Below, one piece after another: positions 19,330-29,081 of a stretch of DNA of 57,506 nucleotides. The first letter of the stretch is position 1, and each line of letters opens with the position of its first letter. The notes under the pieces are model-generated. The model was not told the origin of the DNA. It searched no databases and saw only the letters and a program-made list of their open reading frames with translations. Position numbers and translations under genes: made by a program. Source of the DNA: Candidatus Doudnabacteria bacterium RIFCSPHIGHO2_01_FULL_46_14. Lineage in GTDB: Bacteria > Patescibacteriota > Doudnabacteria > UBA920 > 2-01-FULL-46-14. Location: positions 80,407 to 137,912 of the forward strand of contig MFEK01000006.1 of assembly GCA_001779925.1 (NCBI GenBank). The letters are read 5' to 3'.

Positions 19330-20004
19330 CTACTGAATTTTAATTCCCGGTCCCATAGAGGTCGAGATTGTGATCGAACCGACAAATTCTTTCTTTACAC
19401 TGGCTGGCCTGGCGCGGTGGATTGCTTCCTTGAGCGTCTGGAAATTTTCAATAAGTTTTTGATCGTCAAAGGAGGTTTTGCCGATTGTCTGATGCACGTT
19501 GCCGGAATCATCGGTTTTTACGTCAACTTTGCTGCCTGATTTTAAATCTTTGACCATTTGTCCGATATTGTCCCCTACTGTGCCGGTCTTTGGGTTAGGC
19601 ATGAGTCCGCGCTGTCCCAAAATTTTTGCGATAGTTGCGAGGCTCTTCATCATCGATCCGTCCGCAACCGCAATATCAAAATCAGTTTTTTCGGATTGTT
19701 TGATTTGCTTGACCAGTTCCTCGCCTCCCACAAAATCCGCTCCAGCCTCTTTTGCTTCTTTTTCTTTAGCCGGGCTGACGAATGCGGCAACGCGCAGAGT
19801 TTTACCAGTGCCGTGTGGAAGCGAGACCTGAGCGCGAACCTTCTGGTCGGTCTGTTTCGGATCAATGTTCAGCCGAAAATGCACCTCAACTGACGCGTCG
19901 AACTTGACTGTCGAACTTTGTTTGGCAAGTTTAATCGCCTCCTCGACAGAATAGGTTTTATTTAGATCAACTAGTTTTATGGCTTCTTGATATCTCTTGG
20001 ACAT
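19330..20004 (-). CDS. rplA: 50S ribosomal protein L1
   Basis: MSKRYQEAIKLVD... is an L1 sequence. ATG 20004 avoids overlap with the upstream ORF ending at 20009. Confidence 0.9.
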   Translation of the reverse strand: MSKRYQEAIKLVDLNKTYSVEEAIKLAKQSSTVKFDASVEVHFRLNIDPKQTDQKVRAQVSLPHGTGKTLRVAAFVSPAKEKEAKEAGADFVGGEELVKQIKQSEKTDFDIAVADGSMMKSLATIAKILGQRGLMPNPKTGTVGDNIGQMVKDLKSGSKVDVKTDDSGNVHQTIGKTSFDDQKLIENFQTLKEAIHRARPASVKKEFVGSITISTSMGPGIKIQ

Positions 20005-20008
20005 GATT

Positions 20009-20359
20009 TTACTGCTTGCTTGCTTCCTGTTCATTTTTTACTTTCCCCCAGTGATACAGCCAGACCGGGGAGCCTACTAAAATCATAGCGATGGCACTCG
20101 AAGCCTGGCTCTGCCTTTGCGCGCTGCGCTGTTCTTTTTGCTGGCGTTCGCATTCAGCTTGATCAAATGCCGGAACTTCTTTTGCACCATCTACGGCTAC
20201 TGGTCTCTGACAAGCTCCGACGTAATAAACATTGTCAGCTTTTGTGAAAATCCATGTTTTTAAACCAAGGTTCAGCAATTGTACAGAGCCGATCAATATC
20301 AAAACCAATCCAATTAAACTCGTGAGATATAAATATACTCTGCGAATGTTTATGTTCAC
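20009..20359 (-). CDS. hypothetical 2-TM membrane protein inserted between rplK and rplA
   Basis: 116 aa with two hydrophobic helices flanking a charged loop. The GTG start is embedded in the repeat motif. Confidence 0.55.
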   Translation of the reverse strand: MNINIRRVYLYLTSLIGLVLILIGSVQLLNLGLKTWIFTKADNVYYVGACQRPVAVDGAKEVPAFDQAECERQQKEQRSAQRQSQASSAIAMILVGSPVWLYHWGKVKNEQEASKQ

Positions 20360-20443
20360 CCCGTTAGAAATTCCTATCGTTAATAGTATGTGTCATAATT
20401 TTAGATTTTCCCGTTGACTTTCTTAAATTTCTAACGGGGTTCA
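20354..20443. repeat. inverted-repeat pair of the 'CCCCGTTAGAAATT' motif
   Basis: Arm 20354..20375 GTTCACCCCGTTAGAAATTCCT and arm 20426..20443 AATTTCTAACGGGGTTCA, with a 14-nt perfect complement across a ~50-nt spacer. Confidence 0.8.
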
Positions 20444-20446
20444 TGA

Positions 20447-20872
20447 TTACCTTTCTATCTCCGCGCCCATGCTGCGGGCTGTGCCGGCGACAATCCGCTC
20501 CGCGGCTTCTATGTCATTAGCATTAAGGTCCTGCATTTTGCTTTCGGCGATTGTCCGAAGCTGGGCCTTGGTCAGTTTGCCAATCTTGTTTTTGAGAGGA
20601 TTTGCAGCTCCCTTTTGAACTTTGAGCGCTTTGCGGATCATGTCGGAAACCGGCGGGGTTTTGAATTCGAGTGCAAAACTGCGATCTTCGTAAATAGTGA
20701 TGATTACCGGAATAACAGAATCGCCCTTGTCGCGAGTCCCATCGTTGAATTTATTGCAAAAATCCATAAGGTTAAGTCCGTGGGGCCCGAGCGCGGTGCC
20801 AACAGGAGGCGCAGGGTTTGCCTTGCCAGCGGGGATCTGCAGTTTTATAGTTGTCTTTATCTTCTTAGCCAT
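20447..20872 (-). CDS. rplK: 50S ribosomal protein L11
   Basis: [30 protein letters not shown] is canonical L11. Confidence 0.95.
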   Translation of the reverse strand: MAKKIKTTIKLQIPAGKANPAPPVGTALGPHGLNLMDFCNKFNDGTRDKGDSVIPVIITIYEDRSFALEFKTPPVSDMIRKALKVQKGAANPLKNKIGKLTKAQLRTIAESKMQDLNANDIEAAERIVAGTARSMGAEIER

Positions 20873-20949
20873 TTATTAGCGATTTGCGATTAGCAAATGG
20901 CAATCGGGATTAGAAATTCTAATCGCTATTCGCCAGTCGCTATTCGCTA

Positions 20950-21495
20950 TTAAATCTTCTTAGCTTGTAAAAAATCGAGTTCCACGGGCGTTTCTCTTCC
21001 AAATATCGAGATCAGTACCTTGATCTTACCCTTTGCCTCGTCTATTTCGGAGACTTTTCCTTCGTAGTTTTTGAACGGACCGTCCATCACGCGAAGGAGA
21101 TCGCCGACAATGAATTCTATCTTATATTTCGGCTCATCGAGGCCCATGCGTTTCTGGATGGTTTTGACTTCATCATCCGAAATCGGTGTAGGAATAGTAC
21201 CAGAACCAACGAATCCTGTCACGTTCGGGGTGTTTCGCACCACGTACCAGGAATCATCTGTAACAATCATCTGCACGAGCACATAACCCGGAAAGATTTT
21301 TTCTTCGACTGTCGAACGCTTGCCTTCGCGGATCTTAATCTTTTTTTCCTTTGGTACAATAACTTCAAATATTTTATCATCCATACCCATTGAATCGATT
21401 CTCTGCCTGAGGTTATTGACAACAGAATCCTCATACCCGGAATAGGTATGGAGCACGTACCAGTGTTTTTCACCTGTGGCTACTTGTCGCGGCAT
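20950..21495 (-). CDS. nusG: transcription termination/antitermination factor NusG
   Basis: NGN domain WYVLHTYSGYE and KOW motif GDLLRVMDGPFKNYEGKV, in the secE-nusG-rplK order. Confidence 0.9.
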   Translation of the reverse strand: MPRQVATGEKHWYVLHTYSGYEDSVVNNLRQRIDSMGMDDKIFEVIVPKEKKIKIREGKRSTVEEKIFPGYVLVQMIVTDDSWYVVRNTPNVTGFVGSGTIPTPISDDEVKTIQKRMGLDEPKYKIEFIVGDLLRVMDGPFKNYEGKVSEIDEAKGKIKVLISIFGRETPVELDFLQAKKI

Positions 21496-21505
21496 AGATT
21501 TAGTT

Positions 21506-21570
21506 TGTCATTCCGGCCAGCGAGCCGGAATCCACTCTTTACTGGATCCCGGATCAAGTCCGGGATGACA
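21506..21570. repeat. 65-nt compound-hairpin element (TGTCATTCC...GGGATGACA)
   Basis: Outer arms TGTCAT/ATGACA enclose hairpins TTCCGGC-cagcga-GCCGGAA and ATCCCGGA-tcaag-TCCGGGAT. It is homologous to 34860..34921. Confidence 0.75.
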
Positions 21571-21580
21571 TTAGTAAATG

Positions 21581-21766
21581 TCAGCTATTAACGATTAATC
21601 CGATAAGCTTTGCCAGTCCAAAATCAATTACACCTAGAAACAAGGCTACAATCGTGCAAAATAGAACCACGATGCCCGTGATCTTTAAGGCCTCCCTGCG
21701 AGACGGCCAGACAACCTTTCCTAGCTCGACCCACACCTCTCTAAAAAATTGTAGTATGCGACTCAT
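21581..21766 (-). CDS. secE: preprotein translocase subunit SecE
   Basis: 61 aa with a single C-terminal TM helix, immediately upstream of nusG. Confidence 0.8.
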   Translation of the reverse strand: MSRILQFFREVWVELGKVVWPSRREALKITGIVVLFCTIVALFLGVIDFGLAKLIGLIVNS

Positions 21767-21829
21767 ATGGAAGCCTAAATTTAAGCCTTTTTAAAAGGCC
21801 TTTGCGGCCTTCGTTATTTAACTGGAGTT

Positions 21830-21859
21830 ATTATACCATAGGCCTTACAAATAATGCAA
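21830..21859 (-). promoter_or_regulatory. putative sigma-70 promoter of secE-nusG-rplK
   Basis: Minus-sense TTGCAT (21859..21854), an 18-nt spacer, TATAAT (21835..21830). Confidence 0.4.
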
Positions 21860-22101
21860 ATCGATGCTAATATAGACATCTCCTATGTTTTCAATAAGGA
21901 GGGTTCAAGGTGAGATAGTCCATGTTGGCTATAAAATATCTTCAGGCAATACCCTCACTGTCCTGGTGTTTGCGATTTAAATCGACCAGCGTTGCGCGGC
22001 CCGAATTGAAACTTTGATTCGTGGTTCGCATTCGCAGGCTTTTTTTAATACTTATTTTTCACCCCCATTTTATGCGCAATTGCGTAAATTTTGGGAATAA
22101 A

Positions 22102-22439
22102 TTATTTCCGCTCGAGGAGGGCGAAGGACAGGAGATAATCCTGCAATTTCTCGACGGAGGCCTGGTGGACGCTCTGACCTTGCGTGGTATCGCAGAGGAT
22201 CTTGCGAAATCTGGTCAAATCCTTGACGCGATTCAGCCAGCGGCTATCTGAAATGGTCAGGTCAATGAGCCGTAGAACTTCATTCAATGATTTTCCCGCA
22301 TCAATAAAAGCTTCTTTTTTCAAAAGCAAGGTGTACATGGAAAACTCACTGCCAACAGCGCCGAGCTGCTGCGGCAATGTCATTCTTTGCCATCGGTCTG
22401 CCGTGACCGGTCCGGTTTCGATTGGTTGTTTATGTTTCA

Positions 22440-22440
<1 letters not shown>
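22102..22440 (-). CDS. hypothetical helical protein
   Basis: 112 aa from MKHKQPIE. Its ATG overlaps the gyrB stop (TAATG). The longer track ORF would overlap gyrB by 165 nt. Confidence 0.5.
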
Positions 22441-24389
<1,949 letters not shown>

Positions 24390-24473
24390 TTACAAATTCC
24401 AATGACCAAACTGTTTGGAATTTGAGTATTGGTGCTTGTTTGTGATTTGGTGTTTGGGATTTGGGATTTCATT

Positions 24474-25619
24474 TTATCGCAATTCCGCATTATATTGTAT
24501 CTTTGTCTGTTCATATAATTTTGACTGCAGCGGCTCTACCTCTCCGGTTTCGAGCGTTCTATCCAGACTGCGGTAGACTACCCGATAAGTATAGCTTATT
24601 TTACCTTCGCCGAATTTGGCAGGGTCTTCGTATTTGTCGAGAAGCTCTACTTGTTCAACGAGATCGCCGCCAATATCCCGGATCAAATCGAAATAGTCAT
24701 TGGGGATGAATTTTTTTTCCACGATAAACGAGATATCACGGGTAATTGGAGGATATTTGGAGACCTCTTTGAATTCTTGCCCGAGCTTTAGTTGCTTTTT
24801 TACCCGGTCGTCTTGCGACCACAAAAGCCTAATATCAGGAAGGGACATGGAAATCATGGCAAAACGTTCAATGCCGGGTCCAAACGCCCAACCAGTCCAT
24901 TTTGAAGAATCGACTCCTAATTTATCGAGCACACTCGCTTTCACCACGCCTGCGCCCACAACCTCGAGCCATTTATCTCCTCGTTTAATTTCCATCTCCA
25001 GCGAGGGTTCGGTATAAGGAAATTTGTCTTCATTGAACCGGTATTCCACAGCAGGGCCAAAGATAGCTTTCGCAAAATTAGCCAGCGCTTCACGTAAGTC
25101 ATCTATGGTTATTATTTTTTTATCTTTGGGTGACAAATACCACGCATCCATCTGATGGAAGACATTCATGTGATGACGGTCCAATTCGTCTTTGCGGTAA
25201 ACTTTTCCAAAACAAAACGCACCAGCCGGCTCACCGGCAAGCATTCGTTTCTTAACGCCTTCATCGTGTAGATAGTAGTACCACATGACTGTTGTGTGGG
25301 TTCGCAGGATATTGTTTCCATCCAGGTAGTAGGTGTCAGATTTGGATCTGGCCGGATGATTCTCCGGAAAATCGAACAGGTCAAAACTGATACCGGTCGG
25401 TGTTATTTCCGGGACTTGAATCACATCAAAATCCTTGAAGGCTGGCGATGATAAAACCCGTTGAACTATCTCAAAAAGCGGACTACCCGGGGTGCGCGAC
25501 AAATCCGGCATGCTCAAATACCTTTTTATTCTCTCACTCTCCGGGTCGTGCTTACTTTCGAGCTCTGCGCGCAGGCGAACCTCATCATCTGATTGAACCA
25601 TTATGTTCTGACCGGGCAT
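24474..25619 (-). CDS. pheS: phenylalanine--tRNA ligase alpha subunit
   Basis: FDLFDFPENHPAR, class II motifs FGKVYRKDE and GWAFGPGIERFAM. No pheT lies next to it. Confidence 0.9.
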   Translation of the reverse strand: MPGQNIMVQSDDEVRLRAELESKHDPESERIKRYLSMPDLSRTPGSPLFEIVQRVLSSPAFKDFDVIQVPEITPTGISFDLFDFPENHPARSKSDTYYLDGNNILRTHTTVMWYYYLHDEGVKKRMLAGEPAGAFCFGKVYRKDELDRHHMNVFHQMDAWYLSPKDKKIITIDDLREALANFAKAIFGPAVEYRFNEDKFPYTEPSLEMEIKRGDKWLEVVGAGVVKASVLDKLGVDSSKWTGWAFGPGIERFAMISMSLPDIRLLWSQDDRVKKQLKLGQEFKEVSKYPPITRDISFIVEKKFIPNDYFDLIRDIGGDLVEQVELLDKYEDPAKFGEGKISYTYRVVYRSLDRTLETGEVEPLQSKLYEQTKIQYNAELR

Positions 25620-26678
25620 TTATCTGAATTTAAAACTGTTAATTAGAGATGTGTAAAGAGGATCCAATGCTGATATCTGCGAACAATTCCAAATGATCGC
25701 TATCACTGCATTGTCTTTGGCAAAGAAGGTCATATCTTGCGCGCAATCCGGATTTAACAGATTCAGTCGTACCGCACTAGTCTGGTTAATCATTACTTCC
25801 TCGAAAGATCCATACTCATAATCAGCCTTCGGATAATTGGACTCTACCCAGTCCTTGAGTGAAGATTGATCTTTTTGCCCACCAAGCTTAATTACGAATG
25901 GGTAAGCATCAAGATCGGTTTGCGGGTCTGTTCCTGCGATGTACAGCATTACTTCCTGTCCGTTCTTTCCTTCGGTAAGAGCTAGCATATTCGAGTACTC
26001 AACACTATAATTATAAACGCTGTTAACGTACAGAGTTTGCGCGTCGGATGTTTGTTCCCCTCCGCGCGCTTTGGTTTTTAAGGTCGCGGGTGTGGGTTCA
26101 TGGAGCCCAAACTCAACAGATTTTTTCAGCCATTTTTGCCGTTCGGCAACGTCTGCTTTTGCTGCGGAATTGGCAGTTGGACTGTAACCTCCCGCTACCT
26201 CAGCGCCGTCGTCGTATTTATCAGAATCAGAATCAAAAAGCATGGGGTCAGAACTATAAACGTTTAATTCGTCACCGTCTGCCAGCCCATCTCCATCACT
26301 ATCCTGTTTTTGGGGGTCAGTGTTCGCCGTTTTTTCCTGGTCGTCAGTAAGCCCATCAGAATCGGTATCAGTGTTTTGTGCCCTACTTTTGTCCTCAATA
26401 TTTAAGACAGGTTTTTGAGCAAGGTCTGCCGGCACAGCAATCCATTTACCGTATGCATAGTAACCGGCAAGGCCCAGGGCAGCTACGGCGATCAGCCCTG
26501 CAAAAACCGCAAACATTTTTCTGCCTGGACCATGACTCGGCATTGTTAATTTTTCTTGCGGACTGCCAGCCGGAGGTGGAGTCGATTCGACTCTGTTTTT
26601 GTCAAGCTTTGGCATAACCAAAAAATCCAAACCTTCTCCTTTGTCATTTTGCGATTTTTGCCCGTTTGTTATATCCAT
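25620..26678 (-). CDS. membrane-anchored protein with thrombospondin-type-3-like Asp-rich Ca-binding repeats
   Basis: A TM helix MFAVFAGLIAVAALGLAGYY is followed by DTDSDGLTDDQE / DSDGDGLADGDE / DSDSDKYDDGAE. ATG 26678 avoids overlap with the upstream gene. Confidence 0.6.
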   Translation of the reverse strand: MDITNGQKSQNDKGEGLDFLVMPKLDKNRVESTPPPAGSPQEKLTMPSHGPGRKMFAVFAGLIAVAALGLAGYYAYGKWIAVPADLAQKPVLNIEDKSRAQNTDTDSDGLTDDQEKTANTDPQKQDSDGDGLADGDELNVYSSDPMLFDSDSDKYDDGAEVAGGYSPTANSAAKADVAERQKWLKKSVEFGLHEPTPATLKTKARGGEQTSDAQTLYVNSVYNYSVEYSNMLALTEGKNGQEVMLYIAGTDPQTDLDAYPFVIKLGGQKDQSSLKDWVESNYPKADYEYGSFEEVMINQTSAVRLNLLNPDCAQDMTFFAKDNAVIAIIWNCSQISALDPLYTSLINSFKFR

Positions 26679-26689
26679 TAGAAAATTGC

Positions 26690-27052
26690 TTATTGAATGT
26701 ACATATCCAACAGAATAAAAATTACTAGTAGCAAGGCGGCTGACCAAAGATTGAAAATCTTACCTGCTTGCAACATCAGTACGATAACTGCCATAAGCCC
26801 AAAAAGTACCGCCTGTCGATTTGATGCCCTTACATACTCATGTCTTACCCCTGTACCTAGCAGCCAACCGCGAAAGCTCAATCCAGCCAAGCTTGCCAAC
26901 CCGAATACTGCGAGGAAAACGCAGAGATACAGAGCCAACAGCACCAATTTGCTCCCTGGGTCGGGGGAGAAATTCGCAACAATCAGGCCCAAGCAGATTA
27001 CTGAAATGCTAACAACGAATAAGGATGCTACGAGGTGTGTTGCGGCTTTCAC
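26690..27052 (-). CDS. hypothetical polytopic membrane protein
   Basis: 120 aa with about 4 hydrophobic helices. The GTG start is embedded in a degenerate repeat motif. Confidence 0.55.
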   Translation of the reverse strand: MKAATHLVASLFVVSISVICLGLIVANFSPDPGSKLVLLALYLCVFLAVFGLASLAGLSFRGWLLGTGVRHEYVRASNRQAVLFGLMAVIVLMLQAGKIFNLWSAALLLVIFILLDMYIQ

Positions 27053-27120
27053 CCCTTTAGAAAAAAATTGTTATACATGCCCTCTTCTTGAAAGATAAGG
27101 CGTTTCTGACGGGGTTCATG
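27048..27120. repeat. degenerate inverted-repeat pair of the 'CCCCGTTAGAAATT' motif in a divergent intergenic region
   Basis: 27048..27063 TTCACCCCTTTAGAAA and 27102..27120 GTTTCTGACGGGGTTCATG. Confidence 0.6.
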
Positions 27121-27141
27121 CTATAATAATTATAGCAAAAA

Positions 27142-28116
27142 ATGAACAAAATATCAAATTTTTTTATCGCTAGCGAAACTAACAATTACAGTCCTCCCGC
27201 CCTATCTTATAAGGCTTTTTTGATTTATGGACTTCTGATGATCCTTTTGCGCCTTTTTTTGGGAACCCTGCCAGCGCACAGCGCTGCTGTCGAGTCCCAA
27301 ACTCTTATGGACATGATAAACTCGGAGCGTTCTTCGCGAAACCTAACGGTCTTGGCTCAAAATTCAAGCTTGCGCACGGCCGCCGGTCAAAAATCGCAGG
27401 ATATGATTGACCGTGATTATTTTGCGCACGTGGATCCTGATGGCAACTACGTCTGGCCAAAAATTATAGCAGCCGGTTACGGGCAATATAAAATCCTCGG
27501 AGAAAACCTGGCTGTAGACTTTGTAACTTCCGAGGGTATGATAAAGGCTTGGCTCGATAGTCCGACACACCGCGCCAATCTGCTTCACAGTGATTTCTTG
27601 GAGCAAGGCCTAATCGCTCTTTATGGTGATTTTCAGGGACGTTACACAAATTTAACAACCAGCCTTTTTGGTGCTCGTGCTTCAGGAGTGCAGACACCGC
27701 CAGCCCCACCCCCCCCGGCACCCTCACCGAACCCTATCCCTACTCCAAAACCTGCCCCTTCGGCTCCGAAGCCGGCTCCCCCGCCAGCTGCAAAACCAAC
27801 CTTGCCTCAGCCAACCCCTGCCGTTACCCCAACTCCGGTCGAGAAGCAAGATTCAACCTCGACCCCACTTGCTAATGCAGATCTTTCTGCTTTATCCGGA
27901 AGTTTTAACCTTCCTGAGATCGCGCTAAACACAAAAGCCATCAACATAAGCCGCGTATTATTCAGCATTCTCGGTTTCATTATTCTATCAGTCTTAGCGG
28001 TGGATTCGGTGATTATCCTGCAACACGAGGCCGTTGTCATTCGAAGTCATTCCAGCTCGCATTTATTCAACCTGATGCTGATTGTTCTCGTATCGATTCT
28101 GATCTGGTGGTGGTAG
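27142..28116 (+). CDS. CAP/SCP (YkwD-like) domain protein with Pro-rich linker and C-terminal TM
   Basis: CAP motifs YFAHVDPDG, GENLA and WLDSPTHRANLL, then a PAPPPPAPSPNPIPTPKPAP linker. Confidence 0.75.
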   Translation: MNKISNFFIASETNNYSPPALSYKAFLIYGLLMILLRLFLGTLPAHSAAVESQTLMDMINSERSSRNLTVLAQNSSLRTAAGQKSQDMIDRDYFAHVDPDGNYVWPKIIAAGYGQYKILGENLAVDFVTSEGMIKAWLDSPTHRANLLHSDFLEQGLIALYGDFQGRYTNLTTSLFGARASGVQTPPAPPPPAPSPNPIPTPKPAPSAPKPAPPPAAKPTLPQPTPAVTPTPVEKQDSTSTPLANADLSALSGSFNLPEIALNTKAINISRVLFSILGFIILSVLAVDSVIILQHEAVVIRSHSSSHLFNLMLIVLVSILIWWW

Positions 28117-28980
28117 TTTTTCCGAAAAATTCGTAGTGCTAAAAATAATTACCAAGACAACAAACAGGACCGCAAAATATTCATAGATTATTTCGCGGTT
28201 CAAATTCTTATCGATATACTTATGCTGGAGAATACCCCAGATTGTATTGTATAACGCGCAAATAACCAACGCCCCGCTGTAGTAATTAACATTCCAAATG
28301 AAATAAATGATTGCAGCGAATTCCGCGGTTGCCAATCCGGAAAGCAAAATCAGCCCTATTTCGTTATGGCCAAGATAATGATGCTGAAAAAATGCCTGAT
28401 GAATAAGCAAATAAGTCAAAACAAAAACCATGATCGCAAATACGAACGGAGTTATGCCGTAGTAATGCCCTAAACCAAAAACCGCAGCAAACGAAATAAA
28501 AGAGGCATATAATTTTAGAAAAAAAATCGACTGGCGAACGCCGCGATGTGCTTGTTTATGGCCGTAAAAAACCGTTTTTAGGTACCAAAAGGACAAAGCA
28601 AATGCACCAGCTCCCACTAGGCTTAACGCCTGTTTCACGGCAATCTCGAAGGGATTGAGATAAAGAAGCGCCGCGGTTGCCCAATATATTACCGCGGAGA
28701 GAATCAGATAATTTATATAATGAGAAAGGTGTCCACGATCGAACATATAAGCGAAGCGGTGTTTTAGAGATTTCAAAAAGTCACCTCGCAGATGGAGATC
28801 AAACACAAAGCTTTGCCAAAAGACCAAAAAGATATAAACATAAAAGCTTATCAGCCAGAACTTTTCCAGCTGATAAGCATCGAGCGCCTGGCTCGCCGCT
28901 TGAAACCCAAAAAAACTCACCAGGGTTGCTACTGAGACGATAACGAGCTTATGTTTTGAGGGATCGATGATGTGGTTCAT
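28063..28980 (-). CDS. hypothetical polytopic membrane protein
   Basis: 305 aa with at least 8 hydrophobic helices. It has a convergent 54-nt overlap with the CAP gene. Confidence 0.55.
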   Translation of the reverse strand: MNHIIDPSKHKLVIVSVATLVSFFGFQAASQALDAYQLEKFWLISFYVYIFLVFWQSFVFDLHLRGDFLKSLKHRFAYMFDRGHLSHYINYLILSAVIYWATAALLYLNPFEIAVKQALSLVGAGAFALSFWYLKTVFYGHKQAHRGVRQSIFFLKLYASFISFAAVFGLGHYYGITPFVFAIMVFVLTYLLIHQAFFQHHYLGHNEIGLILLSGLATAEFAAIIYFIWNVNYYSGALVICALYNTIWGILQHKYIDKNLNREIIYEYFAVLFVVLVIIFSTTNFSEKLPPPDQNRYENNQHQVE

Positions 28981-29081
28981 ATAGAATTTCTAATTAATCC
29001 AATGACTAATGATCTAATATTGCAGGAAATTGGGATTTGGGTAATTATTTAGGTCAATTAGAAATTAGAGTAATTAGGAAT

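Noticed and set aside
21897-22017. AAGGAGG at 21897 followed by a 31-codon plus-strand ORF (ATG 21922)
   Set aside because: The SD-to-ATG spacing of about 18 nt is too long. The peptide is unremarkable and I could find no terminator.
21767-22101. Expected tRNA-Trp or rpmG upstream of secE
   Set aside because: I could not fold any cloverleaf or find an L33-like small ORF on either strand. Only a promoter-like TTGCAT-18-TATAAT and a CGCAATTGCG palindrome were seen.
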